A program made the position numbers and the translations under genes. Positions 49,001 to 62,387 of a stretch of DNA of 64,000 nucleotides are shown here, piece by piece. The DNA is from Haliotis rubra (Eukaryota): assembly GCF_003918875.1 (NCBI RefSeq), contig NW_025767189.1, positions 62,001-126,000 on the forward strand, in the 5' to 3' direction. The notes beneath the pieces are model-generated. The model was not told the origin of the DNA, made no database searches, and saw nothing but the letters and a program-made list of their open reading frames with translations. Numbering within the stretch: the stretch's first letter is position 1; every line of letters begins with the position of its first letter.

Positions 49001-52000
49001 GTTTCATCTCAACTAATAAATACAATGTATGTAGTAAGTTTTAAGTGTCACTTACATCACTGAGACCTTTGACCTCCAGGAAGATGACGACAAAAGCCCC
49101 CACAACCAACAACGCCAGCAACATCGTGCACATCCGGTGTATCTGTGGAGGAGAGCATACAGAGCAAGTGAGTTGGGTTTAACACCCCTTCAACATATTT
49201 TAGTTACATGGCTTTATGAGGGGTGAAGGTAACGAAGGTCAAGGTAACGAAGGTCAAGGTAACGAAGGTCAAGGCAACGAAGGCTATAGACGTTAACAAC
49301 TTTGGTTAAACAACAAGCAACACACGGCTATCATCAAATCTCATCCTTGTATGAATTAAATTAAATAAGTATTGAACATTTAGCTGAACACAGAAAACTG
49401 TTTCAAAGATAGCCCATGCGTTTCATTTTTGAAGAGTTACTAGACCTTTAAGTGCTCATTGATTATGATTAGTCAGAGTTACTCACCGTGAACCACAGCT
49501 TGCGGCCGCATACCCGGGACTGGGGCCACATCGGTTTGTAGAAGCGGGCCACGACAATAGCAATGCTGGCCAGGAACATCCACGCGAAGGTCATCGCACA
49601 GGCTGGAAAAACACATTGTCAGAGATATTTACTAGGCTAGAAAACACACTGTTTTCATCGAACTGGCTACTAACGTTGTCATGGTCACCGAACTGGCGAC
49701 AGACACATTGTCAGGGTCACCGAATTGGCTACAAACATGTTGCAAGGGTTACCGAATTGGCTACAAACATGTTGCCAGGGTCACCGAACTGGCTACAAAC
49801 ATGATGCCAGAGTCACCGAATTGGCTACAAACATGTTGCCAGGGTTACCGAATTGGCTACAAACATGTTGTCAGGGTCACCGAATTGGCTACAAACATGT
49901 TGCCAGGGTCACCGAATTGGCTACAAACATGTTGCCAGGGTCACCGAATTGGCTACAAACATGTTGCCAGGGTCACCGAATTGGCTACAAACATGTTGCC
50001 AAGGTTATCGAATTGGCTACAAACATGTTGCAAGGGTAACCGAATTGGCTTCAAACATGTTGCCAGGGTCACCGAATTGGCTACAAACATGTTGCCAGGG
50101 TCACCGAATTGGCTACAAACATGTTGCCAAGGTTATCGAATTGGCTACAAACATGTTTTCAGTCATCGAATATAGGCTACGAAACACATAGTGTCATCGC
50201 ACAGGCTAGGAAACACATTGTCAAGATTATTGCACAGATTAGAAAATATGTCGTGGCTAGGAAACATAAATAGCCAACGCACTGGCTACGAAACACACAG
50301 ACAGGGTCATCGTACAGGCTGGAGACCTCTTGTATACACACGGTCATCACACAGAATACCTGCATCACCAGAATCATCAGACACCGTATAGATAAACAGT
50401 TTAAAATCCACCAGTAATGACATCAAGAGTGAGTGAGTTTGATTTTACGCCGCTTTTAGCAATATTCCAGCAATATCATGGCGGGGGACACCAGAAATGG
50501 GCTTCACACATTGTACCCATGTGGGGAATCGAACCCGGGTCTTCGGCGTGACGAGCCAAAGCTTTAACCATCAGGCTACCCCACCGCCCCAATGACATCA
50601 AATGAGCTCATTAGAATGTTGTTATTGATATTACATTTGGTATGAAGGTATGGGCTTTATTTTATTTGTTCAAACGATTTTCATGTCAAACATGGTGTCC
50701 CCCCGCCGTGATATTGCTGGAATATTGCTAAAAGCGGCGTTAAGCCATACTCACTCACTCATGTCAAACAGGTATGGAATTAGTTAAACGTTTTTACAAA
50801 GCCTCGACATCACCGTCAGTTCAACATAAGTTGTTCCCTATCACAGTATATTGGTCAACTTTTCCTTCTACGACATCCATTCAACAACCGTTAACTGACA
50901 TGTATCTCTCTACAAGCAAGATGGCGTTTTATCCTACACAGTTGATTTTGTGATACCCTTACCATGAACCTTGATGAAGATTCTGTCTCCGAAAGCCACT
51001 TGCATCTGCTGGGTAGCCTTCAGGTCGACCCTGTACCTCGACACCCACGGCAGGTTGGTGTGACGCTCCATGCGGCCTAGAGAGAGTGTGTATTGTATAT
51101 ATGTACTCGAAGAAAGACGAGAACGCAGAAGTAAAAGTACAATCCACAGGCTTTACATTTGTTTGTCTGTTGTTTAAAGTCGTACTCTGAAGTATTCCAG
51201 CTAAGTGGCGATGGTTTCTGAAACATCGAGTCTGGATCAGAAAATCTAGTGATTGACACCATGATCTACGTTATCGGGTTACCATCAATCACATTATTTT
51301 GGTTGTTCGTTTATGTTTAACAAGTAATCGAGTCTGGACCAGACAATCCAATGACCAACGTCATGAGCATCGATCTACGCAATTGGGATACGATGACATG
51401 TGTCAACCAAGTCAGCGAGCCTGACCACCCGATCCGTTAGTCGCCTCTTACGACAAGCATGGGTTACTGAAGACCAATTCTAACCCTGATCTTATCGGAT
51501 CATATGTTTTAAAGATCTCTACTGGCGTCATAACGATCATCCTACACCCATGATAATACACAGTAGATAGGTTCTATGTCCGTGGATGTGAAGAAATAGA
51601 TTACATATTTGATATGCGTATATTTGTTTACATGGCATAAAACCTAAACCCTAGAGAGCAGCTAGTCCAGATTATCCCTGAAACAGATCCCGCTGGGTGT
51701 AAATGGCAAAACAGTGATGGAAAATACATGAATGGATCACTGAAACCAGGTGTTCGCGAAAGGGTAAGCATGTCCTGCCAACCTTGAATTGAATTGAATT
51801 TTCACAAGTAACTGTTTGTTGTCTCACAACAGCACTCCTCCTACGCGACGATAGTGAGTAAGCAAACCAGACAATCAGGTGATTGACCGGATAATCCAGT
51901 GACACGACATCGCAATAACTGATTCTGATGAACCTAAAGAAATCAAAATGATGAAAGAAATATTGGGTATAAAACCTCACTCACCAGAAACAATGGGGCC

Positions 52001-55000
52001 TTGGGCGACCAACATGAACCAGGACTTGTCCAAGTTGTAAATCTTGTCGTTTCCGGGCACCATCTTGGCCCGTACGAACTCGCATGTGAGTACACCGTCT
52101 GCCATGGTGTCGGAGATGGGGAAGATGACGGGGTTCATCTAAACAGATAGTACAGGTTACCAGAGTGCACATGGTTATTTGAACAGAAGAACATAGGAAG
52201 ACCGTTTTAGTGATCTCCAATACCGTGTACCATTACTACATTGTGATAAATGACCTAAACGCATTCGCTTGCTTACATCAAAGACGTTTATGTTCACTGC
52301 TTACAATTATCATACGACACGGGTCCCTACAGGATATGTTGCCTTGGTGGGATCAGTAATGAAATTGGATCATAATTCATTGCGGACCTGGGTTAATATG
52401 AGCAACACTAATCTCTCTGACACTGAAGTTGGTAAGTTGGACCTTTCACACCTAATGCTGTATTTAAAAATGTAGGAAGTGACTTTTGATGATATGAAGC
52501 CGTTGAGTTTGCTTTTATTAAATCATTAGGTCAGATTGCCTCTAAAGCTCCGCTGTGAGGCTGATTTGAATGACATAACATATCAGAGTGAGTGAGTGAA
52601 TATTGTTTTACGCCGCTTTTAGCAATATACCAGCAATATCACGGAAGGGGACACCAGAAATGGGCTTCACACATTAAACCCATGTGGGGAATTGAACAGG
52701 GTCTTCAGCGTGACGAGCCGAGGCTTTCAACAACTAGGCTACCCCACTACCAATATAACCCATCACAGCGCACATGGTTATTTGAACATAAGAACATAGG
52801 GAGACCGTTTTAGTCATCTCCAATAAAGTGCATCATTTCCACATTGTGATAAATGACCTGAACTCAGTCGCTACATAGAGCATGAGCATCGCCTATCGCT
52901 CTGACACTGAACCTGGTTGACTGTACCCTTAACATCTGAGACACTTCTAATACTATATCTCAAACTAATGGAAGGGTGATTTTGTATTATAGAGAGAATA
53001 TTATCCTCGTGTCCCTAGTGTCGAACACGAACTGATAAAAGTTTAAAACTCAGAGGCAAACTTTTATTGATTCGTGCCGATATGTTTTCTATGAAGCTGA
53101 GGAGATAGAAACAACTTTTGATTCGTATTATATAGTTTAACGGAGAAAACTCCGGGTCAGATTTTTGGTACAGCCACTTTGAATGGTATAACGCTTTCGA
53201 GCATATATACTGAAGGAAACAAATAAAGGAACACGTGAAAATTCAAGTTCCATTAAAGATGTGCCGAGAATAAATATAGGAACGCTGCCTGAAGTGGTGT
53301 TCCCTTAATTGTTTACTTATAGTTTTTACCCATGAGCACCACTGCCTCATTTTTCATGGCAAGAGCACCCTGTTGCTTTGACGCATTGTCGCCCCATGAA
53401 GAATGCGACAATGTGACAATGTCCCTTCTGGGATTCCATACTAACTTCATGCCCTCAGTTCTCACCGGGTTCATTCTCCTGTTGGACCTTTGGTAGTTGT
53501 AGGAGATGCTCATGCTGCGTCTGCCGCCCTGACTCAGACACTCAACAACGCTGTCGTCGCCCTGGTAACATAAAAGAACAAGGTCAGATATCACAGCGTT
53601 CAACGCTTAGCATTATCACGACATTGCCACGTGTTGTTCTATATCTTCTAAAATCGTGTAAAATGTTTTGAGGGCATGGTCTACAGTACATTGTACCAGA
53701 TCCCGTATTGTACTGCGTAAATGATATGTACTAGCATTTCAGTGAATGAATATAAAGCGTAAAAGCAGATTGGGTAAAGTTTTATGTCGCTTTTAGCAAT
53801 ATTCCAGTAATATCCCTGTGGCAATACGCTGTATTGCAGCATACCAAGGCATCCATGCTGCTTCTGGAGGCGCAAAGGACACAGTGCACGTACAAGGAAG
53901 TAGTATGTCAAACATAGGAAACACAGTTACTTCAACCTGAAACGTCCTATTCAGTTCACCCGCCCATGTCCAAGAATAGTTTTCACTTTGATATGAGCCA
54001 GAGAAGACTCAAACCTCGGGTAATGTATGTGGATATGGACCTGCGAAGATCCGGGTTAGAATTGATCTTCAGTAACCCATGCTTGTCGTAAGAGGCGACT
54101 AACGGGATCGGGTGGTCAGGCTGACTTACATACATACATACTAACATTTGTATAGCGCCGATATCCAGCTCAGCTCAGCTGCTCAAAGGCGCTTTGTTTT
54201 CCCTCGTTCACTGGATGTCAATCTCAACGGCACATCGAATTGTCAATCTCAACTCCCTGGGGATCATACAACTCTTGCAGCCACTAGGCGCACCGAGTTA
54301 TTGTGGCATTCCCATCCTTACGAGGTTCCCATTCACAGCTGGGTGGACTGGGACACATAGTCACAGTACTTTGTCCAAGTTTACTGCACTGGGTGTTTGC
54401 ACGTATTCATATGGCCACCATCTGGTCATATACCAACGGATTCGTGGGTTCTTTTAAGTGCACAGGGTTGTGTACTGTACACTAGGGGTTGTGACAACAC
54501 TGAAAGAGTCTGCACACAAAGTTGACTCCAAGGTTTTTACACCCGGTCACAGGTGGGCTCGATCCCGTCACCTCAAGCTCGCTGGATCACTAGCCTGGCG
54601 CTTTAGCCAGTTCGCCCACCGCGAACATGTCATCGGTTCCCAACTGCGCAGACATGTCATCGGTTCCCAACTGCGCAGATCGATGCTCATGCTGTTGATC
54701 ACTGGGTTGTCTGTCCCAGACTCGATTATTTACAAACCGCCGCCATATAGCTGGAGTATTGCTAAGTGCGGCGTAAAACTAAGCTCACTCAATATGTGGA
54801 TATGTTGACAAAACTACATAACACATCTGAAAACGGTATATTCTCAGCTTACCATCTTCGTATCATGCGACATCCCTAGAGCCACCCACTGGTCGGGTGT
54901 GTCCGGCAGCACCTTGACCGATAAGCTGAACCACACCCGGTCCCCCATATCTCGCCATTGCACGTTGAATGTGCAGTCCTTCTCCACACATTGGCTGAAG

Positions 55001-58000
55001 CATCCCCGAGTAGTGCCGCATTTACCTCCCTTGTCGTCCTTCGGAAGAAGAAAAGACATTTAAGGTCATTATTAAAACTGTGTTGTCGAGAAAACATTTA
55101 GCAGTGTAAAGTACTGTAAACTATACACATGCATACATAAAACTTTCTACGAGGTGAATGTACGTTGTAATCATTTTCTTTATCATTTGAATATAGGGTC
55201 AATGTATTTTTCAATCATACACGAATCGTGGATTCTTTGGTCAAATCCAAAGTTTACTCTAAAAGGACATCGCACTAGAAGAAAGATACAACAAGTATGT
55301 CTGATGTAATGCTTATATGACTATGTGTGTGAATCAGTGTGAATCAGTGCTAAAATGCATCATACGGTGACCTGGATGTTTTTATCGAAACACGTGCAGC
55401 TTTTTCGCTAAAACTTTAATATTAGAACATAACCAGTCTCGATTGCAATAGCAAAATTGCGGGGAAAAAGACGTGAAGCGTTACTGAAAATCATACAATA
55501 TACATACGTAAACCCTGAAAAGTTCGGAAAATATCACATTTCCCCGTACGAGACTAAACCCTCCACACGTGCGCTTGCGTGCGTGCGTGTTGTGGGATAG
55601 ATAGGTGGAGAGAAGGATCAGTAAGAATACTTTAGAAACGGGATATTACAAAGACCAGTTCAGACGGTACGTCGAATGTGTGACTCACCAGGCCCACTGT
55701 AGTACGGGTGGGTTTCGGGGTTGATGTTGCCTTTGGTACCGAAGGTGGTGTGGCTGGTGCCGGGGTTGGTAGAACCTGTCTAGGAGTGGTCACCCATGGT
55801 GAGGTTACACGGTCTGTTGGTCTTGTAGTTGTCGTCGTGGTTGCAGTCGTCGTTGTAGAAGGTGTAGTTGTAGTGGTCGTTGGTGTTGTGGTGGTTGTCG
55901 TGGTGCTGGTCGTTGTGCTGGTCTGGGGGAGATCCTCGGGACACGGCGTGATGTAGGGGGTCACCAGCTGGCTGGGGTTGACGCTGAGGGGGAAGCGGGC
56001 CATGTTGTCGGTGATGACGGCGGAGTTGACGCCAACCCAGAAGTTGCTGAAGCGCTGTACGAAGGTCGCTCTGTGGACGAAATGGTACATACGTGTAGAT
56101 GTTTTGAAGTCAATATACACCTTTAAAAGAAGTTGGGGGACCTGAACTTTCAATTTGGATAGGGAGTATAAGCGTTATCAAACTTTTCAAAAACAGACAT
56201 CTTATGAACGCACCACCATTTCCCTTTACTACCACCTCTAAACACAACGCATGGGTTGCACGGGCACAACGCAGTAGACCCATACATGTGCATGGGGTGT
56301 CATTATTGATTTTAACGGTTTCCAAGAAGGTCATCTTTCAAGGGCGATTACTGTACAAACAACTATGGTCATAAGGAAGTGCAAGTGGTGATGCACTCTC
56401 AAAACTCTTTTTAAGAGAATATTTCTGTTGAACCTCTGTGTTTTTATCAGGACTAAAAGATGACATTAAATGTGATAGAAAAAGTGAGTGAGTGGGTTTG
56501 GTTTTACGCCGCTTTTAGCAATATTCCAGCAATATCACGATACCGGACACCGGAAATGGGCTTCACACTTTGTACCCATGTGGGGAATCGAACCCGGGTC
56601 TTCGGCGTGACGAGCGAACGCCTTAGCCACTAGGCTACCCCACCGCCCCGTGATAAAACTAGTGTACATAGGTGAATGTAGACCCTTTTATCAACCCATT
56701 AAGGTATACGGTGAGAATATACACTGGGGTGTACACCATGGCGCAATACGTCAGTACAAGACAATACCCAGTCTTCACTATCCCCTGAAACAGATTCCAT
56801 TGTTGTAAAGGGTGAAACAGTTGTGAAAATTATGTGAGTGGACAACTGAAAATCATGGATGACACCAGGTGTTCGCGGAAAGGGTAACACCGGCAGCACC
56901 CGCCATTAAAAGAGTAAGTATTCTCATCTAAAGCTGACCTTAGTTTATGCAAACATGTCATTGATTTATCGTGTGTCTGCTTTCTGTGAAATTTTGGTCA
57001 GAAAATATCTCACAAGGGAACCAGCAAATACGCTGGTTCTATCCGTTGCTGTGAATAGATCAAACACCACTACAACACACACACACTCTCCCTCTCCCTC
57101 TTCCTGTACGATACAGAACTGTATTAAATTCTCAATCTAACTTTCAAAGTTTGTCGGGAGAAGCATCGCGCTACTTGAGGGATTTGACCGAGGTCTACAC
57201 TCCTGCTCGCAACTTAAGATCTGAATTTCGTCAGCTTCTCCGTGTTCCACAAAGTAACACTGTCCGTGATGTCATTGATTTTTGCTTCAGACTCTCCTCT
57301 TCAGATCTTTAAGTCTCGCTTGAAAAGATATCTCTCTTAGAGTTTCGTTGTACATGGAGATATGCGCTATACAAATGCACCGTTGTTATAATGTGAAATG
57401 AGTGTTTTGCGTGTCCTGCGTGCAGTGTGGTCAGAACCCCGCTTACGTGACGACTATGTGTCCAATGGACTGGGAGGGCGATGTCCAGTTGAAGAGGAGA
57501 GAGGACTTGTCATCGTTAGTGATGTGGGTCAGAGCCGCTTCCTGAAACAGATGGAATACATTGGAGAGCCAGTCTAGACAGCATTCAATGAGTAATTTGT
57601 CACAATACCACGTCACGTCAACAACCCCCTAGATACTGCTCCCGTCACCTACTTACCTTCCTCACCCCTTTACCGCCCGTGAAGATCCGCAGTAGAATTG
57701 ATCTTCGGCAATCCATGCTAGTCGTAAGAGGGATCAGGTGGTCAGGCTTGCTGACTTAATTGACACATGTCATCGTATCCCAATGGCTTAGATCGATGCT
57801 CATGCTGTTGATCCCTGGATTGTCTGGTCCAGACTCGATTATTTACAGACCTATAGCTGGAATATTGCTGAGTGCGGCGTAAAACTTAACTCACTCACTC
57901 ATTCACTCACCACTTTACCTCCCCCGTTCCCTCCACGCCCTCCGACACTACCCCACCCCATCCCACTCACCCTTCGACACTACCCCTTTCACACCTACCC

Positions 58001-61000
58001 CTCCCACACTACCCCTTTCACACCTACCCTGCCACACTCGTATCTGGATCCTTGCACGGCTGTGAAGGTGCCGACTAGCTCCGTCTGGTTGAAGCGAGGA
58101 TCTGCCCGCCTGGCTTCTACCAGAAATCCTCGGAATGTATTCTTACAAAGGCCTCGAAGCATCACTGAAAATTCACAGAAAACATTCAAATGGACATTCA
58201 CTAATTCCTTGACTTGAATATATATTTTAACACTTGTAATCAAATCAGGTAGTAATTGTGTATACTGCTTCTGTACCTTGAAGCCTTCGCTCGTCATGCC
58301 GAAGGAACGGGTACAATAAGTGGCCATGTCTGGTGTTCTCCGCCGTGATATTGCAGGAGTATTGGTAAAAGTGGCGTAAAACCCAACTCACTCACTCACT
58401 CACTTAATCTCAGCGAATCTGGATTTCAAATTCACGATCACAAGATCTTGGCACACCTAAGGGGCGCTACTCCTCAACACCAATATATGACTTGGCCCTT
58501 CGTGACCCTCCAAAGTGGATGTTCTGTCCGAGTATCCCTACTGTTTAACCTACCCATAATGCTTTCATTCGGGCCGAAGCTGTCCTTTGAGACGAGTATT
58601 ACGAAAGGTGACCTCTCAGTGCTTCTCTGGCTGAGTCCATGACGCGGAGTCATACCAGTACATGCGTCAATCGGTGCTCCTCCACTGTATCCTTCCGCAA
58701 TGTACAGATGAAACACCACGCCCAGGAGGCCAACAAGGCATGCTAGTCGTATCTGATTTTACAATAAAACATGTTATTTGGGTTTGGAGAACAGAATAAG
58801 GTTTTAACCTACATTTTATGTAACTAACTTGCACAAATGTTAGTTTATAGCCTGAAAAGTGAATTTCTAAAACATATTCGCTCAAGAGGTACATAGTCGG
58901 TGCCACAGTAATTGTCATGACTCTTATCATTTTGAGAAGCCTTTGAAGATATATTGTGATGTTAACACGCTTACGTTCGTGTACTTTCTTGTGCAGTATG
59001 CTAAAACCCGGTGTTATCACACCTTTTCGGGAGCTTTTCACGAGGTAACATTATGAGAGCACATTTCGATATATTGCTTAAATTAAGCTGAAACCACATA
59101 ATGCTTATCCACTCATGAACTCCACTCATTTACATTCATTTGCGTTTTAACGCAAAATCGAATCGAGACATGTTATTCTCTAATGTTAATACTTGATCTC
59201 TACACTACAACGTAGAAAGTAAAACCTAAATCAAAAGCAGAATTGATAACCCTATTACTTTTGCCTTTTCATCACATACTATATATAATTTTAGAATGTA
59301 TCCCCAAAGGCCAGTACGTGGGACTTTATTGAATATCATTGTCCCAAACACATGAAATGATATTTTAGTAATTTATGTCAAATTGGCAATATAAACAGTA
59401 GAAAGTATTGAAGACCCCCGCGATGTTATATCATATCCAATATATCGCACTTTCCCTGCGCAGCTGGGCATAGATCAGCCATCTCAGATGTCGTCTGCCT
59501 GGCTGGGATTTCTTGACAGATGACATCCGCCTAGCCCCGGGTAATGGCAGGCGGGCAAGGAGGAGTAGCATATATGTAGTGTTAACACTAAATGGAAATG
59601 TTTTCAGACGATTGAATAGATGAAATTGAATTTCACGTTTTCTGTGCTCGAAACTACGAATGACTGGGTTGCTAGTTTCTGTTATACGGAGAATGTTCCT
59701 GCTTGTTGAATGACCTAAACCCGTGTCCCCAGCATCATGTGCTTTGTGGCGAATAATTGGGCCCGGGTAGGGTGTCGTTGTACAAAGCGACCTTACCGCT
59801 AAGGTGACCCTAAGTCACATACCTTAACATAGACTTAAGATAGTCTTACCGCTAAGGTGACCCTAAGTCACATACCTTAACATAGACTTAAGATAGTCTT
59901 AGCGTTAAGGTTGTTTTGTACATCAGCACCCAGGCCGTCAGGCTTAATGGCAGTCATCGTATCCAAATCTTTTTAGAACGGTGTTCCTGGCGTCAATCAC
60001 TGGATTATCTAGTCCAGACTCGATTATTTACATACCACTGTCATATAGCTGGTGTATTGTTGAGTACGGCGGTAAATATCAAACAAAACAACAAGCGAAA
60101 AAAATGAACTAACGTAACAAAGTAATGTGAACGTTTACCGACATACGACGTGGTGCTCGGTGACCAAGGAATTTAGCCTAGCCTTTGAATCTACCATGAC
60201 ATCTAAGGGAGGTAACTCTACCAATGGACTTGTTGAGCCTTAGTCCAGTGGGTCTCTTCAAGGTTATATCTTTTCAGGTTCGTTGATGGTGCCATGTGAA
60301 TGTATTCAAAGATTAAAATATATATGTCCCATTGTTTCTCGTGCCTGGGAGGAATGTGGTCTTCTCTTCCAAACTCTAAGTAGGTCGGGGCGGTGGGGTA
60401 GCCTAATGGTCAAAGCGTTGACTCGTCACGCCGAAAACCCGGGCTCGAATCCCCACATGGGCACAATGTGTGAAGCCCATTTCTGGTGTCAACCGCCGTG
60501 ATGTTGCTGGAATATTGCTAAAAAGCGGCGTAAAACCAAACTCAGTCAGTCAGTCTAAGTAGGTCATTCGAAGCAGTCATATAACCAGTTCTAAATTCAG
60601 CTTTCTTTGTCATAATGTGATGAAGTCAGTAAAACTATTTGGAAATAGGAATGCACTGAATAGTATTATGATATTAAATAACCAGTAAAATACCCGTAAT
60701 ATTGATACAAGGACAAGGGACATCACATAACGTCTGACAATGCGATACACGACATTCATTAATGTATTCAACTTTAAACTATACACTGAATCACTACAGG
60801 TTTAGTCTCGACGAATAACTTTGAGAAACAAACCTGAGAAAAGATGATTGCAAACTGCACATATTTTGAATTCAAAATGGCGGACATATCGACTGCAGTT
60901 AAGCAAATTTTGACATACGTAACCAATTTTACGGACCAAAATATGAGATTTAAATGATCGTTAGTTGACGGAAATGGAGCGAAAGTACAAATCAACATGA

Positions 61001-61529
61001 CAGAGCATAACACCGTACATTATAGATGTGTTTAGATTGTCTTTCAAAGTAGGTTTTAAAACAGCACGTCTTGGGGAAGCTCAAACTCTCCGTGGGTTTA
61101 GAAGAATTCACAAAGAGGAACATAAGTTTTGCATCGAAAGCATCATGTACCATCCTAAATCATGCTGAAATAATATCATGAAACGAGATGCTAAAGTATA
61201 CTTGAAGCTAAGAATTATTCATAAGAACTAAAGTAAGTGATAATATATAACACAAAAGTAGCTAACTTCGAGATAAAGTGAAGAAATACGACCACATTAT
61301 TCGAACATGTGATTCTGAATGTATCGTTTCTTAACTTTTACAGAAATATTTGACCTATGCTCGGGTAATCTCGTTCGGAAAAATACATTTCTGATGACGG
61401 ACAGAAAAAGCGACATAGCCTTCCCACTCAACAATGAAAAACACACGCATAAATACATAAAAATAAGTACACATTTACATGTATATAAAAATGAGCAGAG
61501 AATCAACTTACCTTTTCCCTGCTGACCAT
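46048..61529 (-). CDS. FRRS1: Reeler-(Thr-rich stalk)-DOMON-cytochrome b561 protein (ferric-chelate reductase 1 / SDR2-like), paralog 1, 16 exons, 693 aa
   Basis: Minus-strand exons: 61529-61512 (CCACCATGG Kozak, MVSREK|gtaagt), 58752-58554, 58164-58028, 57541-57447, 56070-55689 (mucin-like T/P stalk), 55038-54853, 53561-53466, 52138-51985, 51076-50963, 49602-49487, 49142-49056, 48840-48769, 48344-48245, 47911-47771, 47500-47409, 46140-46048 (TGA). All GT-AG; sum 2082 nt in frame. Reeler motifs (YSGGAP..C..MTPRH, FRGFLVEAR, LTH, W.SP), DOMON (WVALGMSHDTKMGDDSVVEC), and b561 histidines in KVH, IHR, IHP and WAHW. Confidence 0.92.
46342..46718 (-). mobile_element. Full-length SINE A inserted into a decayed SINE C
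   Basis: Reverse complement of family A with TSD ggaagatg[g/a]ctggg. The flanks continue the family C sequence. Confidence 0.85.
49655..50175. repeat. 33-bp minisatellite (ggtcaccgaattggctacaaacatgttgccag-type), ~15 copies, abutting the TM1 exon acceptor of paralog 1
   Basis: Visible tandem units; they explain ORFs 49616-50191. Unrelated in sequence to the 1690-5650 array. Confidence 0.95.
54128..54623 (-). mobile_element. ~500-bp tRNA-headed SINE family D (Deu/Nin-like + CORE-like body, L2-like tail) inserted into a SINE C
   Basis: The reverse strand reads: tRNA-like head (ggcgaactggctaaagcg...gggatcgagccc), tgtgcagactc...gcacttaaaagaaccc, cagtccacccagctgtgaatggg, tail aagcgcc...gcgctatacaaatg(tatg)n. 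Domain names are from memory. Confidence 0.7.
57170..57390 (+). mobile_element. Decayed 3' end of an L2/CR1-group LINE
   Basis: YLRDLTEVYTPARNLRS-like coding remnant, ...tttaagtctcgcttgaaaagatatct (FKSRLKRYL), and the tail gcgctatacaaatg. Confidence 0.6.
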
Positions 61530-61599
61530 GGTGGTAATTGTCCAGGAGTAAACACAATGAAATTATAATCGGATGGACATATTGCAAAACTTCACCCTG

Positions 61600-61920
61600 A
61601 GTGGTCACGTGGTATGGGGCTATGTAATACAGATCACGTGACGTATCGATACATTGATTGATGGTGTTCCGGGTTTACCAGACCCATTTACATTCACAAG
61701 ACATGACGTCATACAGGTAAAGTGCCCTGATTATCTACCTGGGCGTGACTACGACCCGTGGTAATGATAGGTACTTAATGATTTACTTGTAATCACAGGT
61801 AATGCTGTCCCAAGGTGTTAATTTGATTACACATAAAACCGACTTCCTACCTGTCTTCTCTGTTGGTAATTGTTTACCTTGGAGAAATAACGCCGTGGGG
61901 AGTGCATCAATCTACCTGAG
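61600..61920 (-). promoter_or_regulatory. Putative proximal promoter of FRRS1-like paralog 1
   Basis: Lies immediately upstream of the first coding exon. Contains GTCACGTG (61604-61611), TCACGTGAC (61634-61642), the CRE palindrome TGACGTCA (61704-61711) and five CAGGTA/TACCTG sites (61714, 61736, 61796, 61848, 61913). Confidence 0.45.
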
Positions 61921-62387
61921 CTGCAGATCTACTGCCATCAGCCTGTGAGAAATAGCCACCATTAGATTAAATGTCTAAACCTTTGAGATGGCCGCCATTA
62001 CTTGTCCCTTCCGTTTCATATGGTCAATTTTTACTCTGTTTTTTTTCATTCGTGAATATGCATGGATGATGTCTGGTTTCGAAAATAAGTGTCTGTTGGG
62101 CGTCCGCATTCACATTGCCTCTGTACAAGACCCGTGAAGATGCGGGTTAGATTTGGTCTTCAGTAACCCATACTTGTCGTAATAGGCGACTAACGGGATT
62201 GGGTTGTCAGGCTCGCTGACTTGGTTGACACATGTCATCGGTTCCCAATTGCATAGATCGATGCTCATGATGTTAATCACTAGATTGCCTTGTCCTGACT
62301 CGATTAGCTACAGAACGTCGCCATACAGTTGGAATAATGCTGAGTGAGACGTGAAACAACAAACCTCTATACAAAGTACATTTTCCC

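Noticed and set aside
55708-55956. Poly-Val ORF on the + strand
   Set aside because: It is the antisense shadow of the Thr-rich stalk exon of paralog 1.
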